A DNA stretch of 30,638 nucleotides from an uncultured Deferribacteraceae bacterium (lineage in GTDB: Bacteria > Chrysiogenota > Deferribacteres > Deferribacterales > Mucispirillaceae). The stretch is taken from assembly GCA_964368965.1 (NCBI GenBank), contig CAYJDR010000021.1:9094-39731 (forward strand), read 5' to 3'. The notes under the pieces are model-generated. The model did no database searches. It saw only the letters and a program-made list of their open reading frames with translations, and was not told the DNA's origin. The translations under genes and the position numbers were made by a program. Shown here one piece after another: positions 15,967 to 25,963 of the stretch (the stretch's first letter is position 1; each line of letters opens with the position of its first letter).

Positions 15967-16010
15967 AGAGTTAAATTAAATTTTCAATAATAATAAATTA
16001 GGAATATTAA

Positions 16011-16883
16011 ATGATTAAAAGCATGACCGGTTACGGCAAAATCACTAACTCTTATGAAAAATTTGACGTAACAGTTGAATTAAAAAGCGTAAACAGCAAA
16101 TATCTTGACCCTTCTTTCAGAATGTCTAAGTCATTGAATGCACTAGAGATACCTATTAGAAATATGCTACAAGAATTGCTTGTTAGGGGCAAAGTTGATG
16201 TTCGCATTGAACTCAACATGAACATCTCGCAAAAAATGCCTGTATTAAACGATGAACTACTTGTAGGCTACAAAGCAATATTAGATGAAATAGTATCAAA
16301 AACAGGCATTAACGACGAAGTTAAACTTGAACATATCCTACGTGCACCAGAACTTATCGAATATCGCTCTAACGACGACATTGAAGAAGAGCTACACAAA
16401 TGAGTTATGGAAACGATGAAAGAATGTATCGAGAAACTTGATGAAATGCGCATTGCTGAAGGCATTGCTATGGGTAACGACGTTAAAGCTAACCTTGCAA
16501 CACTTAAAGAAAATGTCGTGAAGATATCTAACGCACGTATCGACGTTTTCGCATTTTGGCATGAAAAATTTACGAAGCGCCTAACTGACTTAGGTGTAGT
16601 TGATATCAACGAAGAACGAATTGTGCATGAAGCTACTGTCTACGGTGAAAAAGCTGATATTTCAGAAGAGCTCACTAGGCTAGATAGCCATACTGACCAA
16701 TTTGAAAGCATCATATCTAAAGAGTTCCCTATTGGCAAAAAGCTCGATTTCCTAAGCCAAGAGATACACCGTGAACTTAACACAATCGCATCGAAAAGCT
16801 CACGTGTTGAGATTATCTCTACTGTTGTAGAGTCTAAAGCTATTGCTGATAGGATACGTGAGCAAATCCAAAACGTGATTTAA
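16011..16883 (+). pseudogene. yicC: YicC-family protein interrupted by a single in-frame TGA at 16401..16403 (ORF-track pieces 16011..16403 and 16407..16883 share one frame)
   Basis: The two ORFs together (130 + 1 + 158 aa) reconstitute a full-length YicC of about 289 aa (MIKSMTGYGK… through …ADRIREQIQNVI). There is no frameshift, only the TGA, and ATG 16407 follows 3 nt later without a ribosome-binding site. It could be a pseudogene, a split gene or a sequencing error. Confidence 0.55.
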
Positions 16884-17362
16884 TTAGGCACATTTACAAT
16901 AACTTTATTAGTTCTATCAATCATTTCAGCAGCTGGTGAGTAACCCTTGTCAGCTGCTTTTTCTAACAACTTATATGCCTCTACCCTATCTTGTGCTACA
17001 CCGATACCATCGTAATACATTAATGCTAGCACCTGATACGCTGGCAAGAAATTTAACTCCGTAGCCTTTTTCAAATACGCTGCAGCTTGCTCAACATCTA
17101 GCGGCACGCCTTCACCGTATAAATACATATAGCCTATATTGTATGTCGCATTTGGGTGTTGCTTTTTTGCGGCCTTTTCAAACCATTCGTAAGCTTTTGC
17201 TTTATCAACTTCAACATCAATACCATTTAAATACCTTGCACCTATGCGATATTCTGCACCTGAGTTGCCAAGCTTTGCAAGCTCTAAATCTTTATCTAAG
17301 TCTGACTCTGCAAACGCATTGCATGACATAAGCAACATTATTGTTATTATTAACTTTTTCAT
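16880..17362 (-). CDS. Sel1-repeat (TPR-like) secreted protein / possible lipoprotein
   Basis: The signal peptide is MKKLIITIMLLMSCNAFA. Three or four Sel1 repeats are visible (AEYRIGARYLNGIDVEVDKAKAYEWFEKAA; ATYNIGYMYLYGEGVPLDVEQAAAYLKKA; AYQVLALMYYDGIGVAQDRVEAYKLLEKAA). Confidence 0.8.
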   Translation of the reverse strand: MKKLIITIMLLMSCNAFAESDLDKDLELAKLGNSGAEYRIGARYLNGIDVEVDKAKAYEWFEKAAKKQHPNATYNIGYMYLYGEGVPLDVEQAAAYLKKATELNFLPAYQVLALMYYDGIGVAQDRVEAYKLLEKAADKGYSPAAEMIDRTNKVIVNVPN

Positions 17363-17364
17363 GG

Positions 17365-18453
17365 CTACTTCTCAGGCACTAGTTTTATAATAGTTGCTTC
17401 TGCATCTGCACCAAACCTCATAGGTGGCCCAAAAGTGCCAATACCTTTCGTAACATACACTAGCGTATCGTTATAATTGTACAGCCCTTTCAAGTATTCA
17501 AACTGTATGCTAGCAAGTAGCGTGGCTGGGAAAATCTGTCCACCATGAGTATGCCCGTTCAATATCAAATCTGCACCAGCGTCAACCATATATGGAATAC
17601 CCACAGGTTTATGCGCAGCAATAACTATCGGTTCATCTTTATTCAATTTAATAGTTGGCAAAACGCTTTTCATAGTTTCAGTTTTAGCTGATGAGTGACT
17701 GTCAACTGTGTGTTCATCAGGATTGATGTAGTCAAGCCCTAGTATTTGCACGCCTTTAATATCTATCACTTCATTTTCTAGAACGATTATACCATACTCA
17801 TTAAATAGTGCCCTTATTTCATCCATGCCGACATATACATCATGGTTGCCCACTGTGAAATACATTGGAACTGTAGTTTCCTTAAATGGTGCTAAGTTTT
17901 CATGCGTTAGTGCAACTTTTGAGTCAAAAAAATCACCGTTAAATATCACTACATCTGGCTGAATTTCGTTTATATCAGCCACAACTTTCATTGAACGCTC
18001 AACACCAGCAAACGCACCAAGGTGCACATCAGGAGCGTGGTAGATAACAACAGGTTCGGTTACGCCCTCTATTGCTAGTTCAATTTCATAGTTTTTGTAA
18101 TGCTTTGCGTTAACAGTCGCATAGCCAGCCACAACCAACGATAAAAACAATATACCAACCACAGCAGACCTAGATGAAAGCGGCAACAACCTGCCTATAA
18201 CAAAGTAGATGAATGTAAACATCAGCAAGAACGCTAAGTAACCAACCCAGTACATACTGACTTTATAGAAAAAATCGAGCGCACTACCACCATATTTAGA
18301 TGCTAAAATCATCAACACCATGCAACCCATTGTAAAAGTTACAAACCCTATCACATAATAGCGCCTTCTTTTGACGCCGTACCACCCTGCTAATTTATAT
18401 GGCACAAATACTATCAATGATATGATTAGCGCCATTCTTAGTATTTCATACAT
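17365..18453 (-). CDS. polytopic membrane-anchored calcineurin-like metallophosphoesterase
   Basis: Several N-terminal transmembrane helices precede MPP motifs (HAPDVH…GDFFD…GNHD…NGHTHGGQ). A 2-nt gap to the Sel1 gene indicates an operon. Confidence 0.8.
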   Translation of the reverse strand: MYEILRMALIISLIVFVPYKLAGWYGVKRRRYYVIGFVTFTMGCMVLMILASKYGGSALDFFYKVSMYWVGYLAFLLMFTFIYFVIGRLLPLSSRSAVVGILFLSLVVAGYATVNAKHYKNYEIELAIEGVTEPVVIYHAPDVHLGAFAGVERSMKVVADINEIQPDVVIFNGDFFDSKVALTHENLAPFKETTVPMYFTVGNHDVYVGMDEIRALFNEYGIIVLENEVIDIKGVQILGLDYINPDEHTVDSHSSAKTETMKSVLPTIKLNKDEPIVIAAHKPVGIPYMVDAGADLILNGHTHGGQIFPATLLASIQFEYLKGLYNYNDTLVYVTKGIGTFGPPMRFGADAEATIIKLVPEK

Positions 18454-18567
18454 GCAAACACCTCTGTTATCTCTTAGTTATTTTAATACCATGCCAGACA
18501 AGTTATGTCAAAATAAGTTTATAATGTAAAATTATATATTTTTTCGTTGAACATTATCAATAATTTG

Positions 18568-18596
18568 TATACAAAACATTTTTTTTTAGTTATAAT
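18568..18596 (+). promoter_or_regulatory. candidate sigma70 promoter for the hybrid histidine kinase (TATACA-N17-TATAAT)
   Basis: A perfect -10 hexamer lies in the 258-nt AT-rich divergent intergenic region, about 115 nt upstream of the ATG at 18712. An alternative candidate is TTGAAC 18547..18552. Confidence 0.3.
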
Positions 18597-18711
18597 TAAA
18601 GAGTTGAACTTTAATTCATATTAAGGCTAGACTTATTTGTGAAAAGAACTATATTATATAACTATTAAGAGTGTTTTATATGAACTGAGCACTCCGTTAC
18701 AAGAGGTACAC

Positions 18712-21492
18712 ATGGATCTGTTAAATAGTAGTGCACGCAATTTGCTTAATATTTATGAAGAAGTTTATGATTTAAACCTAAGCAAAGGTACATACGAAGT
18801 TGTTTACTATACTGAAAACCAATATATTATGGTCGAAATTTCTGGCCTGATATCTACAGCTGTACAATATTTGATAAATAACCTTGTTTATCCTGATGAC
18901 AGAGCACCTTTTGCTCAATTTTTAGATCCAGCCGAGATGTTTAAAACGTTTGAAGAAAGCACTCGCTCGCCTAGTATTGACCTACGTCGTTTAAGGCAAG
19001 ATAATACATACTCTTGGATTCAAGTTTTAGCAGCTCAACATATAGATGAAGATGGCGACCACCATATAGTACTTGGTGTAATTGATATCCACGATCGCAA
19101 AACTCGCGAGGAACGCGAATACAACAACTACTTCAAAACACTGCAAGCACTTGGCAAAACTTATGTCAATATCTCTGAAATAAATTTAACTCAAAATACG
19201 ATACGTATTATAAAAGAAGATTTATATAAAGAGTTTGAAAGCAAAACCTACTGTATTGAAGAATTTCTTGGAGTGCAGATGAAACCACTTATTCATCCGC
19301 TTGATACTCCTATTATTGAAACTGTAGTTCAACAGCTTCCTACAATTTATGAAAACAATGCTGAACGCACTTTCGAAGCGCGTATATTGCTAACTAACAA
19401 TAGCTATCAGTGGCGCGAGTTCCACATAATCGCACCTGTTAGAGATGTAACAGATCTTGACAGCGACAAACGCTTACTCCTCACACTTAGAAACATTAGT
19501 GAAAGAAAACTTACAAAATCTCTTGTTGATAAATTTATCTACAACAACGTTGAGTTTATTGCGTTCCTTAACCTCGAAAGCTCAACATACTTTATATATG
19601 ATGAAAACATTGATGACCCTAGACCAGTACCACTATCAAACGAAGTTGAGCTTTTAGTTCGCAAATGTGTTAAAAAAGATATGGCTTACGTCAGGGAACA
19701 ACTCAAGGTTGATAACTTACGTGAAAAACTTATCGAAAATGACAACTACACATTTTACTGCGATATGATATCTAATATTGGCGCATTAAAGAAGAAATTT
19801 ATGTTCACTAAACCTGATGCGCATAATGATTTAGTGCTCTTCACTATCACTGATATCACAAACATACATAAGCAAGAACAAGAAAAAAATAACATGCTCG
19901 TACAAGCACTTAAAGAAACAGAAGTTGCAAACAGAGCTAAAACCGACTTTATCTCTCGCATGTCGCACGATATCAGGACCCCTATGAACGGCGTTATCGG
20001 CATGACATCAGTTGCACTTAACGCCATTGGCGATGATGAAAAAATTAAAGACTGTCTGCAAAAAATCAACACGTCATCTCAATTCCTACTGACGCTTATC
20101 AATGATATATTAGATATGTCTAAAATTGAAAGCGGCATGATGACAATGAATAATGCACACTTTAATTTTAGAGAGTTTACAAACAGCATCAATACATTAA
20201 TTTCATCATTTGCAGCTAGCAGAAATGTAAACTTTGAGCTTGAAGTTGATGATTTACTCTACGACTACGACTACGTTGGCGATTCGCTTCGCCTAAACCA
20301 AGTTTTAATGAACTTACTATCAAACGCTATCAAGTTCACAAACACAAACGGCCTAGTTAGTTTAAAAGTTACAACACATCACAAAACTAGTGAGTTCACA
20401 TCAATATTGTTCACAATCACTGATACTGGCTGTGGCATGTCTAAAGAGTTTATGGCAAAAATGTATGACCCATTTGAGCAAGAAGAAAACGACAAAGCAC
20501 GTAACCAAGTCGGCAGTGGCTTAGGGCTTGCTATTGTAAATAACTTAACTAAACTTATGGGCGGTACTATCGAAGTTGAAAGTGAAATCGGCAAAGGTAG
20601 CACATTTTACGTGCAAGTGCCACTAGATATAGCTGAATGTGACAACACTCTTACATCTAGCACACTATTCGATAACGACTTAAAGATACTAATCATCGAT
20701 GATGACCCTGTCACATGCGAACATGCACAGCTATTGCTTGAAAAAATCAGCCCTAAGATTAAAACTGATGCAGCACATAATATTAATGACGCACTTGAGT
20801 TACTTCACGGCGCACATGGGTTTGATAAAATAATACTTGATTGGCGCATACCTAGGTCCAAGCTTTCAACAAACATTGAGCAGCTCACTAGGATGTCTAA
20901 ACTTGACACTAGCTCTATAATCATGATGACTGCGTACGATATCTCAACATTGAAAAGAGAAGCAAAATCTGCTGGCATAAAAGTGTTTATCCCAAAGCCA
21001 CTTACACAAGAAGCACTGCGCATAGCTATCAGCAAACAAAGTGCAGAAAAAAGTATCAAGCAGATACAAATGAAACCTGCTAGCAATTCTACATATGAAG
21101 GCAAACGCATACTACTTGTAGATGATAACAACATCAACCTTGAGGTTGCAAACTCGTTACTCACTAGCCGTAAAGTTTCTGTTGTATTGGCTAGAAACGG
21201 GCAAGAAGCAGTCGACATCTTTACAAATGCAGAGCCAGGCTTCTTTGATGCTATCTTCATGGATATCAGAATGCCTATCATGGACGGCCTTACAGCAACA
21301 AAAGCAATACGCAATCTCGACAGACGCGACGCTAAATCAATCACAGTAGTTGGTGTATCGGCAGATGCTTTCCAGCAAGATATCAACACTGCGCTACAAG
21401 TCGGCATGAACCACTACTTGATTAAGCCAATCGTTATTGACCAACTCAATGAGTTGTTAGCAACGCTTTTCCCATCTGACGAACTTATATAA
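18712..21492 (+). CDS. cytoplasmic hybrid sensor histidine kinase (PAS-like N-terminal region, HisKA, HATPase_c, two receiver domains)
   Basis: The 926-aa ORF has no predicted transmembrane helix. The H-box is FISRMSHDIRTPMNGVIGM and the G-boxes are DTGCGM and GSGLGL. REC1 is KILIIDDDPV…ILDWRIP and REC2 is RILLVDDNNINLEV…IFMDIRMPIMDG. Confidence 0.9.
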   Translation: MDLLNSSARNLLNIYEEVYDLNLSKGTYEVVYYTENQYIMVEISGLISTAVQYLINNLVYPDDRAPFAQFLDPAEMFKTFEESTRSPSIDLRRLRQDNTYSWIQVLAAQHIDEDGDHHIVLGVIDIHDRKTREEREYNNYFKTLQALGKTYVNISEINLTQNTIRIIKEDLYKEFESKTYCIEEFLGVQMKPLIHPLDTPIIETVVQQLPTIYENNAERTFEARILLTNNSYQWREFHIIAPVRDVTDLDSDKRLLLTLRNISERKLTKSLVDKFIYNNVEFIAFLNLESSTYFIYDENIDDPRPVPLSNEVELLVRKCVKKDMAYVREQLKVDNLREKLIENDNYTFYCDMISNIGALKKKFMFTKPDAHNDLVLFTITDITNIHKQEQEKNNMLVQALKETEVANRAKTDFISRMSHDIRTPMNGVIGMTSVALNAIGDDEKIKDCLQKINTSSQFLLTLINDILDMSKIESGMMTMNNAHFNFREFTNSINTLISSFAASRNVNFELEVDDLLYDYDYVGDSLRLNQVLMNLLSNAIKFTNTNGLVSLKVTTHHKTSEFTSILFTITDTGCGMSKEFMAKMYDPFEQEENDKARNQVGSGLGLAIVNNLTKLMGGTIEVESEIGKGSTFYVQVPLDIAECDNTLTSSTLFDNDLKILIIDDDPVTCEHAQLLLEKISPKIKTDAAHNINDALELLHGAHGFDKIILDWRIPRSKLSTNIEQLTRMSKLDTSSIIMMTAYDISTLKREAKSAGIKVFIPKPLTQEALRIAISKQSAEKSIKQIQMKPASNSTYEGKRILLVDDNNINLEVANSLLTSRKVSVVLARNGQEAVDIFTNAEPGFFDAIFMDIRMPIMDGLTATKAIRNLDRRDAKSITVVGVSADAFQQDINTALQVGMNHYLIKPIVIDQLNELLATLFPSDELI

Positions 21493-21497
21493 CATCG

Positions 21498-21534
21498 AAA
21501 AAAGGCAGGGCTAAAACCCTGCCTTAACTTTTTT
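21498..21534. terminator. bidirectional rho-independent terminator downstream of the hybrid histidine kinase
   Basis: The sequence is AAAAAA, GGCAGGG, CTAAAA, CCCTGCC, then TTAACTTTTTT. The hairpin is flanked by A- and T-runs. Confidence 0.6.
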
Positions 21535-21563
21535 AACCTACAACTAAAATATCAACACGTCAC

Positions 21564-21599
21564 AAAAAAAAGGGCGATAACTATAAAAGTCATCACCCT
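21564..21599 (-). terminator. rho-independent terminator for MCP-1 (minus strand)
   Basis: On the minus strand the RNA folds as AGGGUGAU…AUCGCCCU (8 bp with one G·U pair) followed by U8. It lies about 25 nt after the MCP-1 stop. Confidence 0.45.
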
Positions 21600-21622
21600 A
21601 AATATGTTTGATTTTAATCTTA

Positions 21623-22610
21623 CTATACTTTAAACGAAGCGACTAACGCCTTTAAGTTCTCAGTACGTACTTGCAAGTGTGAAACCGTTGCTGCAACTTG
21701 GCTAATTGCAGAGTTGCTTTCCTCAATACCTGTAGCGATTGTTTGAGTATTTTCAGACACCATTTGTATAGTGTTAAACTGCTCTGTATTTTTGCCAGAT
21801 AGCACTTCTGTATCTCCATAAACAGTTGACACGCTTGAAACAACTTCTTCAAAGCCTGCTGCTGTTTGCTTAATACTTTCAACACCTTCATCAATATATT
21901 CACCTGATTTCAACATTTCGTTTGAAGCAGCATCTGAGTCTGTTTGCAATGTTGAAATAATGGCCTCAATCTCACTTGTAGCTTTTTGCGTACGCTCTGC
22001 AAGCTTACGAACCTCGTCAGCAACTACTGCAAACCCTCTGCCAGCCTCACCTGCGCGTGCAGCCTCGATAGCAGCATTTAATGCAAGTAGGTTTGTTTGG
22101 TCTGCGATATCGTTAATAACAGTTAAAATCTCACCAATATGGCCAGAACTTTCAGATAATCTTGATATCTTCTCAGATAGCGATACTGATTGTTCGCTGA
22201 TTTTCGCAATGCTCTCTTGCACTGACACAAGCTGAGCTTGCCCTTCGCTAGTTGACGAATTTGTAGAGTTTAATATGCTTAAGTTTTTATCAAAAGCAAC
22301 TTTTGATTCGCTAGCAGTTTCGCTAATGAAGCCCATGCTAGATACAATCTCACCAACTTGGTGCGTTTGCCCTTCGAAAGTTATTGCGAGTTCTTCCATA
22401 GTTGCAGCAAGCTCATTATTGCTTGATGCCACTTCTTCAGCAGATGCTTTCACTTCAATAATTATGTTTTGTACGTTTGATACAAACTCGTTAAAGTGTG
22501 TTGCTAGCTCTTCAAGTTCATCATGGCTTGTCGTAGAGATACGCCTTGTTAAGTCGCCATCACCTTGAGTAAAGTCTTTAGTGACATTAATAAACCTTCT
22601 AAGTGGCGTT
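21623..22610 (-). repeat. conserved HAMP plus signalling-domain module of MCP paralog 1 (copy 1 of 3)
   Basis: Stretches of near-identical nucleotides are shared with the other two copies, for example TCTGCCAGCCTCACC…GCAGC…ATAGCAGC/GGCGTTTAATGCAAG…GTTTGTTTGGTCTGC. Confidence 0.7.
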
Positions 22611-23635
22611 ACAACAGTCTTCAACATGATAAACACAATCAATACGCCAATAGCAACTGCAATTAACGACATAACTGAGGCCGCAACTGTAGTAAACTTT
22701 AGCCTATCAGCTGTAGCTGTAGTATATTGAGCAACTGTAGATAATAATACGTCAGAAACTTTACCTAACTTTTCTATCATATCATAGTAGATAGTTCTGT
22801 TTTTATTTTTGATATCTGCATATTGTTTGCTGATGTCAATAAGATTAATAGTGGCAGCCATTAGTGCTTTATTAGCATCCTCAGCCACATCAACAACCTG
22901 CCTAACAGAGTCTACTTTGATAATAGCTCTAAGGTCATTTAATTGTGTAGCAACTAACTCAAGTGTTTCATAAACAGCTTCAGGTGTAGCAACTTTGAAA
23001 GTTTTATAGTCTAAATAGTTAATAGCAACAACAGCCACAGAAGATTTAACTTTATCAACAGCTTCTAATGCTTGTGCTAAGCGAATGATATTTGCGACAT
23101 CTTCGTTTGCGATAGCATCTTTTTGGAATTGGTTCGCTATGTCATAAAGTTTATTGGTGGTTTCTATCATTACTACATAGTTTTCTTTAAAAACACCGTC
23201 TAGCCTAATCATTTCGTCAACGATGCCTATTAAGTCTTCATGTGTTTTAATATAACTTTCTGCGGCGTCATAAGTAGCATCCATATCGTTAGCTAGCGTA
23301 CTAATTAATACTTCATCACGGTTTTCAGCAAGCAACTCACGCAGTGCAGCTATGTCAGCATATGACTGTTTTAAAAATCTTTCAGATCCTTCTTTCCTGC
23401 TTTGTTCTGAACTGATTGTGTAGTTTAAAATATTAATGCTTGTTAAAAGGTTAGAACTGTCAAGCTTCTTTTCAGCATTAATAAAAGGCGTATAGACATG
23501 AGTGGAAGCCTCTGCCTCTTTTGATGAAACTGTTGAAAGCGAATAAATTATCACCCCTTGGATAACCCCTAAGATTACCAGTGATATAACCGCAATCACT
23601 ATTTTTTTCGTAATAGTAAATCTTATCCCAAACAT
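21623..23635 (-). CDS. methyl-accepting chemotaxis protein, paralog 1
   Basis: The architecture is TM1, a roughly 270-aa helical periplasmic ligand-binding domain, TM2, HAMP ([23 protein letters not shown]), then an MCP signalling domain ([34 protein letters not shown]). The start was moved to the ATG at 23635, which is preceded by GGAGGGA; the longest ORF starts at 23662. Confidence 0.9.
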   Translation of the reverse strand: MFGIRFTITKKIVIAVISLVILGVIQGVIIYSLSTVSSKEAEASTHVYTPFINAEKKLDSSNLLTSINILNYTISSEQSRKEGSERFLKQSYADIAALRELLAENRDEVLISTLANDMDATYDAAESYIKTHEDLIGIVDEMIRLDGVFKENYVVMIETTNKLYDIANQFQKDAIANEDVANIIRLAQALEAVDKVKSSVAVVAINYLDYKTFKVATPEAVYETLELVATQLNDLRAIIKVDSVRQVVDVAEDANKALMAATINLIDISKQYADIKNKNRTIYYDMIEKLGKVSDVLLSTVAQYTTATADRLKFTTVAASVMSLIAVAIGVLIVFIMLKTVVTPLRRFINVTKDFTQGDGDLTRRISTTSHDELEELATHFNEFVSNVQNIIIEVKASAEEVASSNNELAATMEELAITFEGQTHQVGEIVSSMGFISETASESKVAFDKNLSILNSTNSSTSEGQAQLVSVQESIAKISEQSVSLSEKISRLSESSGHIGEILTVINDIADQTNLLALNAAIEAARAGEAGRGFAVVADEVRKLAERTQKATSEIEAIISTLQTDSDAASNEMLKSGEYIDEGVESIKQTAAGFEEVVSSVSTVYGDTEVLSGKNTEQFNTIQMVSENTQTIATGIEESNSAISQVAATVSHLQVRTENLKALVASFKV

Positions 23636-23724
23636 ATTTCCCTCCATATTAAAAGTAACCATACATATATACGCATATCGTACACCTATTTTTCAATAAA
23701 ATAAAGATAATTTTATATAAGAGT

Positions 23725-23758
23725 TAAAAAAAATGGTAGCTAACTATCAGCTACCATT
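23725..23758 (-). terminator. rho-independent terminator for MCP-2
   Basis: A 10-bp perfect stem (AATGGTAGCT / AGCTACCATT) with a 7-nt loop is followed by a U8 run on the minus-strand transcript. Confidence 0.55.
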
Positions 23759-23781
23759 CATATTTATAAGTTTGAATTGTT

Positions 23782-24770
23782 TTAAACCTTGAATGAGGCA
23801 ACCAATGCTTTCAAGTTTTCTGTGCGCATTTGTAAGTGTGATACAGTTTTAGCCACTTCACTAACTGCTATATTGCTCTCCTCAATACCTGTAACGATTG
23901 TTTGGGTGCTAGTAGACACAGCTTGTATGATATTGAATTGCTCTGTATTCTTTTCAGACAATAGTTCAGTATCTTGGTAGATTGACTGCACAGTTGATAC
24001 AACATCTTCAAAGCCAGATGCTGTTTGCCCAATGCTATCTACACCTTCGTTAATATACTCACCAGATTTCAACATTTCGCTAGATGCGGCTTCGGAATCG
24101 GTTTGTAATGTAGAGATAATGTTTTCAATTTCGCTTGTAGCTTTTTGTGTGCGTTCTGCAAGTTTGCGCACTTCATCTGCAACTACTGCAAACCCTCTGC
24201 CAGCCTCACCAGCACGTGCAGCTTCAATAGCGGCGTTTAATGCAAGCAAGTTTGTTTGGTCTGCAATGTCATTAATAACGGTTAAGATATCACCGATATG
24301 TTCAGAGCTTTTTGACACCCTTGATATCGTTTGTGATAACGATGTAGATTGCTCACTAATCTTAACAACGTTACCTTGCACTGCAACAAGCTGTGCTTGG
24401 CCTTCACTAGTGGAAGCAGTTGTTTCGTTTAATATTGCTAGGTTGTTATCAAATGCTACTTTTGATTCCTCTGCACTTTTGCTAATTAAAGACATGCTGG
24501 TAACAATTTCGCTGACTTCAGCAGTTTGGCCATCAAATGTAACTGCTAACTCTTCCATAGTTGCAGCTAGCTCGTTGTTGCTTGTAGCGACTTCTTCCGC
24601 AGCTATTTTAACTTCAGTAATGATATTCTGAACATTTTCAACAAATGCATTGAAGTATGTGGAAAGCTCTTCCAATTCATCACGGCTAGTTGTTGTGATG
24701 CGCCTAGTTAAATCACCGTCACCTTCTGTGAAATCTTTAGTGATATTGATAAACCTTCTAAGTGGCGCTG
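23782..24770 (-). repeat. conserved HAMP plus signalling-domain module of MCP paralog 2 (copy 2 of 3)
   Basis: It shares the same conserved nucleotide stretches and is closest to copy 3. Confidence 0.7.
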
Positions 24771-25794
24771 TAACTGTTTTCATAATAACAAGTACAACAA
24801 TAATGCCTATTGCAACAGCAATAATTGCCATGATATATGATGCAGTAGTCGTTAAATCTAACCTTTCAACCGTTGCAGCAGCATATTCTTCACTTCTAGT
24901 GTTTAGTGTTTTGATAACGCCATCTAAATGTTTGCTCATTTCTGCAAAAGCGTTTCTATTTTGTACTTTTAAGCCATCATATTCCACTTTGATATCTGCA
25001 AGGATAGCCGCAGTTTCTATTAAAGTATTGCCTGCTTTTTCAGCTGTCTCAATCATCTGAAAAGTAGTTGGTTGTTTAACAACTTTTTTAAGTGTAGCTA
25101 GTGCTGCTAAAACTTCCTTAGTGTTATCTGTAATAAATTTGAAGTCACTTGAAGTGAAAGTTTTAATAGTAAGGTAACCATAAACAACATCTTCAATAGC
25201 AGCTGTTAAGTGGTAGTTAGCTTCAATTGCTTTAGCGATACGGTTAGTATTTTCGACATCGCCATCTGCTATCGCTTTGTTCATATATCTGAACGCGTCT
25301 CCAGTGAGAGTCGAGATATTTTCGCGCGCTACATTTAATGCTTCGAGAAATTTTTCCTCTTGTGTTACAGACTCAGACGTAAGATCTAACAGCCTTGTTG
25401 TAGAAGCTAGGAATGCATCAATGCCTTTGTTTGTAGCTTCAAACTCATCGAGCAGCGATTGAATTAGTGGATCATCACCATTTTCATCAACCATATTTTT
25501 AACTAACGCTTTAGTGCTATTAGCTTGCGCTAAAAATGCTTTTGCGCGCTCAGATCTAGCATTATCACCATCAATTGAAAAGTTAACAACATTGAGGTTT
25601 GCTAACAATATCGAGTTTTTAACAGAGTTTTCTGCAAAGTTCAATGGATAGTATATCTCGTTAGAAGCTTTTGCTTCATTCGTAGACTTTTTTGCTAGTA
25701 TCGAAATTATTGCACCTTGCGCAATATATAGCATGATAAGTATAACTATACCTGCAACTATTTTCTTAGTAATTGTAAACCTAAATCCGTTCAT
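23782..25794 (-). CDS. methyl-accepting chemotaxis protein, paralog 2
   Basis: It has the same architecture as paralog 1. A GGAGG ribosome-binding site sits 7 nt upstream of the ATG. The C-terminal roughly 330 aa are about 93% identical to paralog 3. Confidence 0.9.
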   Translation of the reverse strand: MNGFRFTITKKIVAGIVILIMLYIAQGAIISILAKKSTNEAKASNEIYYPLNFAENSVKNSILLANLNVVNFSIDGDNARSERAKAFLAQANSTKALVKNMVDENGDDPLIQSLLDEFEATNKGIDAFLASTTRLLDLTSESVTQEEKFLEALNVARENISTLTGDAFRYMNKAIADGDVENTNRIAKAIEANYHLTAAIEDVVYGYLTIKTFTSSDFKFITDNTKEVLAALATLKKVVKQPTTFQMIETAEKAGNTLIETAAILADIKVEYDGLKVQNRNAFAEMSKHLDGVIKTLNTRSEEYAAATVERLDLTTTASYIMAIIAVAIGIIVVLVIMKTVTAPLRRFINITKDFTEGDGDLTRRITTTSRDELEELSTYFNAFVENVQNIITEVKIAAEEVATSNNELAATMEELAVTFDGQTAEVSEIVTSMSLISKSAEESKVAFDNNLAILNETTASTSEGQAQLVAVQGNVVKISEQSTSLSQTISRVSKSSEHIGDILTVINDIADQTNLLALNAAIEAARAGEAGRGFAVVADEVRKLAERTQKATSEIENIISTLQTDSEAASSEMLKSGEYINEGVDSIGQTASGFEDVVSTVQSIYQDTELLSEKNTEQFNIIQAVSTSTQTIVTGIEESNIAVSEVAKTVSHLQMRTENLKALVASFKV

Positions 25795-25908
25795 TCTTAA
25801 TCGCCTCCAAAAGCAATCATTTAGATATTTAATTTTATTAAGGTATTACAATACTACTAAGTTTAAAAAAAATAAAGAAAAATTTCTTTAATGTTTTATT
25901 TTTCACGC

Positions 25909-25940
25909 AAAAAAGGTGGCAAACGTTTGCCACCTTTAGA
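25909..25940. terminator. bidirectional rho-independent terminator for MCP-3 (20-nt perfect palindrome GGTGGCAAACGTTTGCCACC at 25915..25934)
   Basis: The palindrome is flanked by AAAAAA on one side and TTT on the other, and it lies 30 nt after the MCP-3 stop. Confidence 0.6.
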
Positions 25941-25963
25941 TAATATTTTATTAATTAATTATA

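Noticed and set aside
16401-16403. TGA reassigned to Trp or Gly (genetic code 4 or 25) as the explanation for the broken yicC
   Set aside because: Every other gene in the 30 kb is intact, and ruvC terminates with TGA at 12495..12493. If TGA encoded an amino acid, many genes would contain internal TGA codons.
16404-16440. A selenocysteine insertion element downstream of the yicC TGA
   Set aside because: The only hairpin, CGAT…ATCG, has a 4-bp stem, which is too weak to be SECIS-like. YicC is not a known selenoprotein.
18678-18686. A 2-codon upstream ORF (ATG AAC TGA) in the histidine-kinase leader
   Set aside because: This is too trivial to call, and it is probably a chance occurrence in an AT-rich leader.
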